Assembly: GCA_027016315.1 (NCBI GenBank)
Contig: JALWAP010000026.1
Location: 1-45,035, forward strand
DNA: 45,035 nucleotides
Source of the DNA: Anaerolineae bacterium
GTDB lineage: Bacteria > Chloroflexota > Anaerolineae > S016-19
Reading direction: 5' to 3'
The notes below the pieces were generated by a model. The model was not told the origin of the DNA. It worked only from the letters and a program-made list of their open reading frames with translations, and did not search any database. Shown piece after piece: positions 28,809 through 38,526 of this stretch; the stretch's first letter is position 1; each line of letters starts with the position of its first letter. A program made the position numbers and the translations under genes.

Positions 28809-30491
28809 ATGAGCAAACCGCGTACATGGCTTCAGGAAAGTTTGTTCTATTCCTTGATTTCCGGGATAGTCGTAGTCGCGCTCTCGTTGGTCGGAATGGT
28901 GGTTTCCTTCGGTAAAAGGGGGTTCATTAGTTCGTTCATCACCGAAGGCCAGCTGCTTCTGTTCCTTACCATTGCTATTTTCGGCTACCTGGCGGCCAAG
29001 AAGATGGAGAAAAGGAGCATCGCAAAAGCCTCGATCTCCGGCCTTATCATAGGAGTCGTCAGCAGCCTGTTCTTGATAGTGCTGGTGCTTTTGATAGATT
29101 TCAAGCCCCTTGGCCTGCGTTCCATGTTCGTCAACGCTTCGCCAGCTCTGGTAAAGGCGCTTACTTTCGCCAAGAAGAGTGTCTGGTCAGGGTTTGGTTA
29201 CATGCTCCTGTTGAATGCAGTGAGCGGGCTTTTCGGGGCGTTGATCGAAGCGATACCTGGCATATGGGGTAGCTCTCTTGCAAGCGGCACGCTGATCACC
29301 ATATTGGTCGGATTGCTGGCAGACATCTGGAAGACTTTCCTACCCAAGTCGATCAGCAAGTTCTTCTTTGCCGGGAAAGGATTCTCAATCCAGGGATTCG
29401 TCGTCACTCTGGTTGCGGTGGTAGGGTTTATGATTTTCTGGTATTTCTACGGCGACAATGTGAAGAGCGGCTATCAGAGCGTCGAATCCGTGCAGCCTAC
29501 GGCGGTTAAGGCGACCACATGGGTGCTCGGCCTGCTTTTCCTTCTGTTGATGCCGAAGCTCGTCGGCAGCTATCTAAGCGAAGTGCTCGACCTGGTAGGT
29601 CTCTACATAATCATGGGGCTGGGGTTGAACATCGTGGTCGGGTTCGCTGGGATGCTCGACCTGGGGTACGTGGCGTTCTTCGCCATCGGCGCGTACACCA
29701 TGGGTGTGCTCACATCCCAGGAGCTCGGGTTGTTCCACCTGACTTTCTGGGAGGCTTTGCCTTTCTCGATTCTCTTCGCCGTCATCGCCGGGGTGCTTCT
29801 GGGTATTCCTGTTCTCGGTATGCGCGGTGACTATCTGGCCATCGTGACCATGGGGTTTGGTGAGATCATCCGGCTGCTGGTGCTATCCGATGCGCTAAAG
29901 CCGATCCTAGGCGGCGCCCAGGGACTCACGCGCATCGCCAGACCGAAGATAGGACACATCGTGGTCAAGCAGCCAACGCAATTCTACTACCTCATCCTGG
30001 CGGGGATAGTTATAGCTTGGTATGTGGCGAGCGCCTTGAAGGACTCCAAGCTTGGGCGGGCATGGATGGCCATGCGTGAGGACGAGGACGTGGCCCAGGC
30101 CATGGGCATGAACCTGGTGGGAATCAAGCTGCTTGCTTTCGGAACCGGCGCCGCCCTCTCCGGCCTCAGCGGGGCGATCTTCGCCGCCAAGCTGAATTCG
30201 ATGGTGCCTCACAGCTTCAACATCTTGATATCGATCTACGTCTTGAGCCTTATCATCGTCGGCGGTGTCGGCAGCCTGCCCGGCGTGGTGGTCGGTTCGC
30301 TTGCTCTTATCGGCACTCCGGAGCTTCTGCGAGAGTTCGCCGAATACCGCATGATGATCTACGGGGCCGTCCTGGTTGCTATGATGATCTTCATGCCAGA
30401 AGGGCTGTGGCCTGAATCGGCGCGTAAGCGTGAGCTCCATGCAGGCCAGAACGGCGGGGCTGTCGGGGCGAGCGCCGCCGAGGAAGCGTAG
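28809..30491 (+). CDS. livM: Branched-chain amino acid ABC permease with extra N-terminal membrane region
   Basis: GLNIVVGFAGMLDLGYVAF, RGDYLAIVTMGFGEI, GRAWMAMREDE; about 230 extra hydrophobic residues at the N-terminus. Confidence 0.9.
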   Translation: MSKPRTWLQESLFYSLISGIVVVALSLVGMVVSFGKRGFISSFITEGQLLLFLTIAIFGYLAAKKMEKRSIAKASISGLIIGVVSSLFLIVLVLLIDFKPLGLRSMFVNASPALVKALTFAKKSVWSGFGYMLLLNAVSGLFGALIEAIPGIWGSSLASGTLITILVGLLADIWKTFLPKSISKFFFAGKGFSIQGFVVTLVAVVGFMIFWYFYGDNVKSGYQSVESVQPTAVKATTWVLGLLFLLLMPKLVGSYLSEVLDLVGLYIIMGLGLNIVVGFAGMLDLGYVAFFAIGAYTMGVLTSQELGLFHLTFWEALPFSILFAVIAGVLLGIPVLGMRGDYLAIVTMGFGEIIRLLVLSDALKPILGGAQGLTRIARPKIGHIVVKQPTQFYYLILAGIVIAWYVASALKDSKLGRAWMAMREDEDVAQAMGMNLVGIKLLAFGTGAALSGLSGAIFAAKLNSMVPHSFNILISIYVLSLIIVGGVGSLPGVVVGSLALIGTPELLREFAEYRMMIYGAVLVAMMIFMPEGLWPESARKRELHAGQNGGAVGASAAEEA

Positions 30492-30502
30492 GGAGGAGAG
30501 CG

Positions 30503-31285
30503 ATGGGTATTCTTGAAGTCCACAACGTAGTCAAGCGATTCGGTGGTCTAGTCGCCGTCAACAACGTCAGCCTCGATCTGAAGAAAGGGGAAATATACAG
30601 CGTCATCGGCCCCAACGGTGCTGGCAAGACGACGTTGTTCAACTGCATAACCTGCTTCTACAAAGCGGACGAAGGTGAAATCCTGCTCGAAGGCGAACCT
30701 ATCCATTTTCTCACGCCCGATCGGGTGGCGCAGAAAGGGATAGCGAGGACCTATCAGAACATCCGGCTTTTCTCCAACATGACCGTGCTGGAGAACATCA
30801 TGGTCGGGCGTCATATCCACACCCACTATGGCTACGTGGATGCCCTCTTCCGCTCCCGGAGGAAGAAAAAGGAAGAAGAGAAAACCCTCCAGAAATCACT
30901 GGAGCTGCTGGAATTCGTCGGCCTGAAGGGGAAGGGCGATCTTTTTGCAAAGAACCTGCCCTACGGCGAGCAAAGGCGCCTGGAGATCGCCAGGGCCCTG
31001 GCTCTCGAGCCGAAAGTGCTGTTGCTGGACGAGCCTACGGCGGGCATGAACCCCAGGGAGACCGAAGAAACCATGGAGTTCATCGAACATCTCAGGAGCG
31101 AACTCGGTCTTACCATTCTTCTGATCGAGCACGACATGAAAGTCGTGATGGGTATCTCCGACCGGATTACCGTCATGGACTTCGGTAAAGTCATCGCCGA
31201 AGGTGTGCCGGAGGAAATTCGGAGCAATCCGAGGGTGATCGAGGCTTACCTCGGCCAGGGCGCGGCGGAAGAGATTGGTGCATAG
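30503..31285 (+). CDS. livG: Branched-chain amino acid ABC ATPase
   Basis: GPNGAGKTT, LPYGEQRRLEIARA, LLDEP, IEHDM. Confidence 0.93.
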   Translation: MGILEVHNVVKRFGGLVAVNNVSLDLKKGEIYSVIGPNGAGKTTLFNCITCFYKADEGEILLEGEPIHFLTPDRVAQKGIARTYQNIRLFSNMTVLENIMVGRHIHTHYGYVDALFRSRRKKKEEEKTLQKSLELLEFVGLKGKGDLFAKNLPYGEQRRLEIARALALEPKVLLLDEPTAGMNPRETEETMEFIEHLRSELGLTILLIEHDMKVVMGISDRITVMDFGKVIAEGVPEEIRSNPRVIEAYLGQGAAEEIGA

Positions 31286-31294
31286 GGGGGAACG

Positions 31295-32068
31295 ATGAGC
31301 GACAACGGGAAAAACACAACAGAAAAAGTCCTGGATGGGAGAGTATCGAGCTCAGAAAGGATCCTGGAAGTTGAAAACCTGAACGTGTTCTACGGAGCCA
31401 TTCAGGCGTTACATGGAATATCGTTCCACGTGAACAAAGGCGAGATCGTGACCCTGATCGGTGCGAATGGAGCCGGGAAAACCACCACGCTGCGCACCAT
31501 CTCCGGCCTCCAGCGCCCTCATCCTGGCAAAGTAGTTTTCATGGGCGAGGATATCACGTGGGCCAAACCGCACGAGATCGTCAAGAAAGGGATCGTGCAC
31601 GTCCCGGAAGGCAGGCGGATTTTCTCAGCCCTCACCGTGAAAGAAAACCTGGAGATGGGGGCTTTCATCCGTAACGATCCAAAGGCCATCAAAGAGAGCA
31701 TGGAGAAAGTGTTCGAGCACTTTCCGAGGCTGAAGGAGCGGCTGGGGCAGTTGGGCGGGACGCTCTCCGGCGGGGAGCAGCAGATGCTTGCAATCGGCCG
31801 CGCTCTCATGTCTGACCCCAAGCTCTTGCTTCTGGACGAGCCTTCTATGGGGCTTGCTCCGATCCTGGTGGACGAGATTTTCGAGATTCTCCAGGACATC
31901 AACGCCAGGGGCGTAAGTGTCCTCCTGGTGGAGCAGAACGCACGCAAAGCCCTTTCGATCGCCGATCGAGGTTACGTGCTGGAGACCGGTTACATAAACA
32001 TCCAGGGTAATGCCGAGGAGCTATCGAAGAACCCAAGGGTCAAGGAGGCCTACCTCGGCGGGGCATGA
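31295..32068 (+). CDS. livF: Branched-chain amino acid ABC ATPase
   Basis: GANGAGKTT, VPEGRRIF, LSGGEQQM, DEPSMGLAP, VEQN. Confidence 0.93.
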   Translation: MSDNGKNTTEKVLDGRVSSSERILEVENLNVFYGAIQALHGISFHVNKGEIVTLIGANGAGKTTTLRTISGLQRPHPGKVVFMGEDITWAKPHEIVKKGIVHVPEGRRIFSALTVKENLEMGAFIRNDPKAIKESMEKVFEHFPRLKERLGQLGGTLSGGEQQMLAIGRALMSDPKLLLLDEPSMGLAPILVDEIFEILQDINARGVSVLLVEQNARKALSIADRGYVLETGYINIQGNAEELSKNPRVKEAYLGGA

Positions 32069-32088
32069 TGTGGTATGTGTTGAGACCG

Positions 32089-32130
32089 GGCGGGCCGGGG
32101 GTTTGGAACCATCGGCCCGCCGTTTGATTT
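32089..32130 (+). terminator. Terminator-like hairpin after liv operon 1
   Basis: GGCGGGCCG...CGGCCCGCC followed by GTTTGATTT. Confidence 0.55.
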
Positions 32131-32143
32131 GTGGAGGTTTTTG

Positions 32144-33766
32144 ATGGAGGAAAGGCTTGGAATAGTCACCGGAGGTTCTTTCAATTCCGGCCTTACCGTT
32201 CGTCTCGATCCGGAGGTCGATACCGAGAGCCTGAGGATCGGCGATTTCGTCGTGGTGGACGGTGGACGGTTCATGTTCTTCTGCCTCGTATCCGACATAA
32301 GGCTGGAAACCTCCGATATGGGCGTCCAATCCGATCCTCCGATGGGGAAATCGGCGGATTTCGTCCGCAAGGCCATAACCGGTACGTTGACCTACGGCGT
32401 TGTCGAGGTCAAGCCGAGCCTCGCCGTGGAGAAACCATCCGACGAGTTTGTCGACATAACGCTCAAGCCCCAGCCAGCCAGGACGATCCCAATGCACTTT
32501 GCCGTGCTGAAGCGTGCGACCCAGGAGTATCTGGACATGGTTTTCGGAGAGGACGACGGCAAAGGCTCGCTCTTTTACGTCGGGACGCCCCTGACGATGC
32601 CAGACCAGAAAGTTCCGTTCGACCTCGAGAAGCTCATGGAGCGGTCCAACGGCATCTTTGGACAGAGCGGAACTGGCAAAAGCTTCACGACGTTGCTCGT
32701 CCTTTCCGGGATCATCAAGCGGCGAGTCGGCGTTTCGTTGGTCTTCGATATGCACGATGAGTACGCATTCGGGAAGGAATCGGAAGAAAAGAAATGGATT
32801 CAGGGACTCAAGAACCTGTTTCCGACCAGAGTTCAGGTTTGGAGCATCGACGAAGCGGCTGCGAGCCGCAGCGGTCGATCTGTGGATCGGACGATCAAAA
32901 TCGGGTTGAACCAGTTGGAGCCGGAGGACATCCTGCTCCTTGCTCAGGAGCTCAACCTCACCGGAACGACCGAAGCGAACATCGGGCTGCTGCGGGATCA
33001 GTTCAAGGAAAACTGGCTCAAGGAGTTGCTTTCTATGAGTCCAGCCGAACTGGAGGAGTTCGCCCAAAACGTGGGCGCTCATTCCGGTTCCCTGTCTGCT
33101 CTGTGGAGGAAGCTCAAGGACATCCAGCGTCGTCCCTACGTGGTCGACGAGGCCGACTTCAATCAACTGGACGATCTGACTGAGCTGCTGGACAGGGGGA
33201 CCCACGTGATATTGCACTTCGGCAGGCACAGCAGCACGCTGGATTACCTCCTGGTCTCCAACATAGTCACCCGCAGAGTGCGGTCGCTGTACCAGAAGAA
33301 GGTGGAGAAGTACGAGGAGACCAGGGACAAGTCCTATGCGCCCAGACCTCTCATGATCGTCCTGGAGGAAGCTCACAAATTCCTCTCTCCCTCCGTCGCC
33401 CGCCAGACGACGTTCGGCCAGATCGCCAGGGAAATGCGGAAATACCACGTCGTCCTAACGGTGGTGGATCAGCGTCCTTCGGCAATAGACAAAGAAGTGC
33501 TTTCTCAGCTCGGCACCAGGATTACCGGCAAGCTCACGGATGAAAACGACATAGATGCGGTGCTGACTGGAGTCTCCGGCAGGCAGGCGCTGCGTGGGAT
33601 GATCGAGAGCCTGGATACGAAGCGGCAGATCGTGATCGTGGGGCACGCCATACCGATGCCGCTGGCATTGAACACCAGGCCTTACGATGAGACGTTCTGG
33701 GCGGAAATGCGGGAAACGCCGGAGGATAAGCCCGACGTGAACCCGCTCGAAGAGATATTCTCTTGA
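32144..33766 (+). CDS. herA: HerA-family ATPase/helicase (HAS barrel plus DUF87)
   Basis: N-terminal HAS-barrel-like region, Walker A GQSGTGKS, FDMHDEY, Walker B IVLEEAH, REMRKY, DQRPS..SQ. Confidence 0.85.
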   Translation: MEERLGIVTGGSFNSGLTVRLDPEVDTESLRIGDFVVVDGGRFMFFCLVSDIRLETSDMGVQSDPPMGKSADFVRKAITGTLTYGVVEVKPSLAVEKPSDEFVDITLKPQPARTIPMHFAVLKRATQEYLDMVFGEDDGKGSLFYVGTPLTMPDQKVPFDLEKLMERSNGIFGQSGTGKSFTTLLVLSGIIKRRVGVSLVFDMHDEYAFGKESEEKKWIQGLKNLFPTRVQVWSIDEAAASRSGRSVDRTIKIGLNQLEPEDILLLAQELNLTGTTEANIGLLRDQFKENWLKELLSMSPAELEEFAQNVGAHSGSLSALWRKLKDIQRRPYVVDEADFNQLDDLTELLDRGTHVILHFGRHSSTLDYLLVSNIVTRRVRSLYQKKVEKYEETRDKSYAPRPLMIVLEEAHKFLSPSVARQTTFGQIAREMRKYHVVLTVVDQRPSAIDKEVLSQLGTRITGKLTDENDIDAVLTGVSGRQALRGMIESLDTKRQIVIVGHAIPMPLALNTRPYDETFWAEMRETPEDKPDVNPLEEIFS

Positions 33767-33959
33767 ATCGTGATTTTCGCTTTTGCTGTGCTATGTTTTT
33801 CCTGAAAATTCTGGCCCGAGCTAACGCACGGGTGTAGGTTTCTTTCCACTTTCGTTCCCTCTGAAACGTTGTATTCACTGTGGGGGCAGTGTATTTGTTG
33901 TTCTCCACACTCTTTAGCATCACATTATTCCGATGGAATTTGTGGCAACTTAAGGCTTT

Positions 33960-33988
33960 TTGACACATCGACGGCCCGAGAGTATAAT
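33960..33988 (+). promoter_or_regulatory. Consensus sigma70 promoter of liv operon 2
   Basis: Exact TTGACA-17 bp-TATAAT. Confidence 0.85.
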
Positions 33989-34311
33989 TGTGCGCGGTGA
34001 TATCGGATCCCAACATTTTTCTCTGCTGGAGCACTTTGGGCAGGGACGATAAGTGTCAGGGGAGGTGATAAGGGCAAGCTACCTTTCCCGTATGCCTGGC
34101 AGGAAGATCGTTGCGTCTGCCGAAACAAGGGGGTGCCCTCTCCTTTGGACTGCTGGACCTGTCGTCTTTTGTGACCATTTCGCGCTGGCTATTGTTCTAC
34201 GTCGTCGAATGGTTGCCGAAAAGTCCTTTCTACGAACTCTTCATGGCTTTCGTGATCGACAGTGATTGGCACTGTCGGGATATTTGCAGTAAGGTGTAAA
34301 GGAGGGAGAGT

Positions 34312-35505
34312 ATGTCCGGTAAACAACTGCGAATCTTTCTTCTGTTGGGTCTGCTTCTCTTGGGAGCCGCTCTTGTCCTAAGCGGCTGTAAGGTCGGCTC
34401 CAAAGCCGCGTATGGTGGCGTGATCAAAATCGGGAACGATGCGCCGCTGACCGGCGACATCCCCAAGGTGGGCGAGGAGTCCAAGTATGCCCTGGAGATG
34501 TGGGTCGAGGACATCAAGAAGGCGGGCGGACTGGACGTGGGCGGCGTCAAGTACCAGGTCCAGGTCATCAACGAGGACAACGAGTCCAAGGCCGAATCCG
34601 CCACCGCGGCAGCGCTGAAGCTCATCAACAACGACAAAGTGCTGGCCATCATCGGGCCGTATTCAAGCAAGCAAGCGGTGCCTACCGGCGGCGTCTGCAA
34701 CGAGCACAAGGTTCCTATGATCAGCCCGTGGTCCACGAACCCGCGAACCACGAAGGATCGACCGTGGGTGTTCCGTGGCTGTTTCCTGGATAGCTTCCAG
34801 GGCATGGTGGACGCCAAGTTCGCCAAGGAGGAGCTTGGGGCCAAGAAAGTGGCTGTCCTCTACGACGTGGCCAGCGACTACCCGAAGGGTCTTGCCGAGT
34901 TCTTCAAGAAGGGTGCTGAGAAGGAAGGGCTCCAGGTGGTAGCGTTCGAAAGCTTCACCACCAAGGACAGGGACTTCAGCGCCCAGTTGACGAGGATCAA
35001 GAACTCGGGCGCGGACGTGCTTTTCACCCCGCAATACTACGACGAAGTCCCGCTCATCGTGAAGCAGGCGCATCAGCTTGGCTGGAACAAGCCCATCCTC
35101 GGCAGCGACAGCTGGGGGTCGCCTGAGTTGATGAAACTCTGTGGCGACGACTGTGTGGGCTCTTACTTCAGCACGCACTGGGCCTACTCCGGCGTGAAGG
35201 GCAAGGCCAAGGAGTTCGTGGACAGGTTCTACAAGAAATACGGCTACAAGCCTGGTGATGTGGCCGCACTGACCTGGGATTCTGCTCACATCCTGCAGCA
35301 GGCGATCCAGAACTGCGGCAAGCTGACCGGCAATCTGCAGAAAGACCGCAAGTGCATCCGCGATAACATGGCCAAGATCAAGGAGTACCCTGGCATCACC
35401 GGTAAGATGACCTTTACCGAGCAGGGTGATCCGATCAAGTGCGCCATCATCGTCCACATCAACAAGAAGCACGAATTCCAGTTCTACAAGCAGGTCTGCC
35501 CGTGA
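34312..35505 (+). CDS. livK: Branched-chain amino acid ABC transporter binding lipoprotein (single LivJ/K domain)
   Basis: Lipobox LSGC, APLTG, IGPYSS, MISPWSTNP, FRGCFLD.FQG, DFSAQL. Confidence 0.88.
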   Translation: MSGKQLRIFLLLGLLLLGAALVLSGCKVGSKAAYGGVIKIGNDAPLTGDIPKVGEESKYALEMWVEDIKKAGGLDVGGVKYQVQVINEDNESKAESATAAALKLINNDKVLAIIGPYSSKQAVPTGGVCNEHKVPMISPWSTNPRTTKDRPWVFRGCFLDSFQGMVDAKFAKEELGAKKVAVLYDVASDYPKGLAEFFKKGAEKEGLQVVAFESFTTKDRDFSAQLTRIKNSGADVLFTPQYYDEVPLIVKQAHQLGWNKPILGSDSWGSPELMKLCGDDCVGSYFSTHWAYSGVKGKAKEFVDRFYKKYGYKPGDVAALTWDSAHILQQAIQNCGKLTGNLQKDRKCIRDNMAKIKEYPGITGKMTFTEQGDPIKCAIIVHINKKHEFQFYKQVCP

Positions 35506-35516
35506 CGGCATGAGAC

Positions 35517-35539
35517 AGGGGCGGCGAGCAGCCGCCCCT
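35517..35539 (+). other. Intercistronic hairpin after the binding-protein gene
   Basis: AGGGGCGGC...GCCGCCCCT perfect 9-bp stem. Confidence 0.5.
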
Positions 35540-35556
35540 ACCCTTGGAGGCAAAAC

Positions 35557-36486
35557 ATGACTCAAGTCGCACAACAACTTCTGAATGCTATCCAGTGGGG
35601 AAGCTTTTACGCGTTGATCGCCCTGGGCTATAGCATGGTGTACAGCATCTTGATGCTGTTCAACTTCGCCCACGGCGATATTTTTATGACAGGCTCTTAT
35701 ATCGGCCTTTTCGTGACGTTAGGACTACTGGGTGTTTTCGCGTCGGGGGCGGTGGCGCTCCCCGGTTGGGTGATTTTCATCATTACCTTGCTCCTGACGA
35801 TGCTCTTGACCTCGTTCCTCGGTATACTGCTGGAACTGGTTGCCTACAGGCCGCTGAGGAACGCCCCAAGGGCATCGGCAGCGATCACCGGGTTGATGGT
35901 CGGTATTTTCCTGGAGACCGGCAACCTGGCACTCCTGGGAGCAAGCCGAAAGACTTTCCCCGCTGACAAGCTGATCAAGCAAACAGTTTACAACATTGGT
36001 GGGGTCTACGTGACCAACATCAAGCTGCTGACGATAGCGCTTTCTCTGCTATTGATGCTCTTGCTTCATCTGTTGGTGCAGAAGACGAAGCTCGGGATGG
36101 CGATGCGGGCGATGTCGGTGGACTACGCAATCGTGCCGCTAATGGGTATCCCGATGAACACAGTGATCTCCCTCACGTTTGCCATAGGCTCTGCCCTTGC
36201 CGGTGCAGCGGGCGTGCTGTTTGCGATGGGGTATCCCGTGTTGGAGCCGTACATGGGGATGCTCATTGGGTGGAAGGCGTTCGTGGCAGCGATCCTGGGC
36301 GGGCGCGGTTCCATTATGGGTGCCGCTCTCGGTGGTTACCTGCTCGGGTTCATCGAGATCATCGTGGCTGCGGTCTTCGTCTCCACCTTGAAGGACCCTA
36401 TAGCCTATGGCATCGTGCTGCTGATACTGACGTTCAGACCCCACGGTATATTCGGCGAGCCTTACTCAGCTCACTTGAGAATATGA
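35557..36486 (+). CDS. livH: Branched-chain amino acid ABC permease
   Basis: YALIALGYSMVY..L..FNFAHGD, GMAMRA, KAFVAAILGG, FRPHG. Confidence 0.92.
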   Translation: MTQVAQQLLNAIQWGSFYALIALGYSMVYSILMLFNFAHGDIFMTGSYIGLFVTLGLLGVFASGAVALPGWVIFIITLLLTMLLTSFLGILLELVAYRPLRNAPRASAAITGLMVGIFLETGNLALLGASRKTFPADKLIKQTVYNIGGVYVTNIKLLTIALSLLLMLLLHLLVQKTKLGMAMRAMSVDYAIVPLMGIPMNTVISLTFAIGSALAGAAGVLFAMGYPVLEPYMGMLIGWKAFVAAILGGRGSIMGAALGGYLLGFIEIIVAAVFVSTLKDPIAYGIVLLILTFRPHGIFGEPYSAHLRI

Positions 36487-36502
36487 TCAAGGAGAGTGGC
36501 CT

Positions 36503-37777
36503 GTGAAACTCAAGATGGACAAACTCGTCAAACATCTGCTCAGCATCCATCCCATGGCATGGCTGATAGGCGCTCTGGCGACTGCGCTCGTCGAGTGGTC
36601 TGTCGGGTCGGTGATAGCCTATAGCATCGGGTTGTCCAACGGAGTCCCTCCGGTGTTTGGGCTTTCTCTGATCTTCGGGAAACCGGCGCAAATACCCAGC
36701 GTAATCGTGTACGTCGTCGTAGTCTACTTGATTCCGATGTACGTTGTGGCAAGGCTGCTCTCCGGTGTGGCCGACAAGGTCATGTCCCGCCTGCCGCAAC
36801 TGGCCTCCATCATCGCATACCTTGTCGTGCTTTACGCTGTGATCGAGATATGGGGCTCGTTGGATGACTACAGGCTGATGGTCCTGAAGCTCATTGGCAT
36901 CGGCATCATCCTGACGGTCAGCCTCAACCTTGTGAATGGGTGGATGGGCGAATTCTCGGTTGCGCACGCTGGATTCATGGCAATCGGGGCGTACATCTCT
37001 TCCATCGTGATGGTGTGGGGGTTCGTGAACGACGACGTCTTCGGACCTGCGGTACTCCCGACATCATGGGCGCCGTATGCGTTTCCGTTTGCCTTGATAA
37101 TCGGCGGGATAGCGGCCGCGATCGGGGCTCTCGTGGTGGCGATACCGTCATTCCGAACCCGCGGTGACTACCTGGGCATCATCACGCTGGCGTTCGTGTT
37201 CATCGTTCAGGGTGTCATCAACAACCTGAACTTCATCGGCGGCGCGAGGGGATTCATGCACATGCCTCCGCTCTCGAGCCTGACGTGGGTCTTTATCTGG
37301 ACGCTGCTGGCGCTGTTCACCATCCAGCGGTACGTCAGCTCGACCCTGGGCAAGGCCACCAGCGCCGTCAGGGACAACGAATCGGCAGCCGAGGTGATGA
37401 CCGTCGACACCAGGAAAGTGAAAATGGTCGCGTTCCTGACCAATGCTTTCTGGGCCGGGATTGCCGGTGGTCTCTACGCTCACATGATGGGCTACATCAA
37501 CCCCGGCAACTTCGGCATCGTCATGTCGGTGGAAGTGCTCGCGATGCTCTACCTCGGCGGGCTGAACTCCATAACCGGCTCGGTGGTCGGAGCCGTGTTC
37601 TACCGATTGCTTTCGGAGATACTCCGGCCTCTGGGGTTGTACAAATGGGTGCTCATCCCGGTGTTGCTCATCCTGATCATGATCTACCGCCCGTTTGGCC
37701 TGCTTGGGTTCCAGGAAGTCAAGCTTCCTACCTTTGGACGCAAGAAGGAGGTGGCCCATGCCGCTGATACAGATTAA
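36503..37777 (+). CDS. livM: Branched-chain amino acid ABC permease
   Basis: SLNLVNG..GEFSVAHAGF, RGDYLGIITL, AVRDNE.AA, YRPFGL. Confidence 0.9.
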   Translation: MKLKMDKLVKHLLSIHPMAWLIGALATALVEWSVGSVIAYSIGLSNGVPPVFGLSLIFGKPAQIPSVIVYVVVVYLIPMYVVARLLSGVADKVMSRLPQLASIIAYLVVLYAVIEIWGSLDDYRLMVLKLIGIGIILTVSLNLVNGWMGEFSVAHAGFMAIGAYISSIVMVWGFVNDDVFGPAVLPTSWAPYAFPFALIIGGIAAAIGALVVAIPSFRTRGDYLGIITLAFVFIVQGVINNLNFIGGARGFMHMPPLSSLTWVFIWTLLALFTIQRYVSSTLGKATSAVRDNESAAEVMTVDTRKVKMVAFLTNAFWAGIAGGLYAHMMGYINPGNFGIVMSVEVLAMLYLGGLNSITGSVVGAVFYRLLSEILRPLGLYKWVLIPVLLILIMIYRPFGLLGFQEVKLPTFGRKKEVAHAADTD

Positions 37778-38525
37778 CCATCTCACTCACTTCTTCGGTG
37801 GCTTGAGAGCAGTCCACGACTTCAACACTACGATCGAGGTGGGGGAACTGAAAGGGCTCATCGGGCCGAACGGCGCCGGGAAGACCACCATCTTCAACCT
37901 CGTGACCGGGGTCTACAAGCCCACTGAAGGGGAAATCATTTTCGACGGAAAGAACATCGTCGGGAAGCGCCCAAACGTCATAAGCACCATGGGCATAGCC
38001 AGGACTTTCCAGAACCTGCGCCTGTGGACGAACATGACGGTGATGGACAATGTGAAGATAGCGGCGTATTCCCGGATCAAATACGGCCTCTTCGGGGCGT
38101 TTCTGGGCGGAAATAGCAGGTACGAAGAGGAGAGGATGCTGGATCAGGAAGCCGAAAAGCTTTTGAAGATGCTCGATATCGAGAAATTCAAGGACTTCAA
38201 GGTTTCCAACCTTCCCTACGGCATCCAGCGTAGGGTGGAGATCGCAAGGGCGCTGATGGTGAGGCCAAAGCTCCTCTTGCTGGACGAACCGGCTGCGGGT
38301 ATGAGCCCGGCGGAGATGCTGGAGATCATGGACGTCATCCGGATGATCCAGACCGAGCTGAACCTCGCCATCTGGCTCATCGAGCACCGGATGAAGATGG
38401 TGATGGAGCTATGTCAGCATATCCAGGTGTTGAACTTCGGCGAGGTGATAGCCGAAGGCCCGCCTGAGGCGATAAAGAACAACCCTGTCGTGATAAAAGC
38501 CTATCTTGGAACGGTGGTGAGCTGA
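37758..38525 (+). CDS. livG: Branched-chain amino acid ABC ATPase
   Basis: GPNGAGKTT, RTFQN, LPYGIQRRVEIARA, LLDEP; ATG after AAGGAGG. Confidence 0.92.
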   Translation: MPLIQINHLTHFFGGLRAVHDFNTTIEVGELKGLIGPNGAGKTTIFNLVTGVYKPTEGEIIFDGKNIVGKRPNVISTMGIARTFQNLRLWTNMTVMDNVKIAAYSRIKYGLFGAFLGGNSRYEEERMLDQEAEKLLKMLDIEKFKDFKVSNLPYGIQRRVEIARALMVRPKLLLLDEPAAGMSPAEMLEIMDVIRMIQTELNLAIWLIEHRMKMVMELCQHIQVLNFGEVIAEGPPEAIKNNPVVIKAYLGTVVS

Positions 38526-38526
38526 T

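Noticed and set aside
33796-33810. CodY-box-like TTTTTCCTGAAAATT upstream of liv operon 2
   Set aside because: Three mismatches to AATTTTCWGAAAATT, 150 bp from the promoter, and CodY is a Firmicutes regulator not expected in this lineage.
34053-34299. Short ORFs (70 aa, 62 aa) as leader peptides of liv operon 2
   Set aside because: Weak starts without a properly spaced RBS and no run of Leu/Ile/Val codons typical of attenuator peptides.
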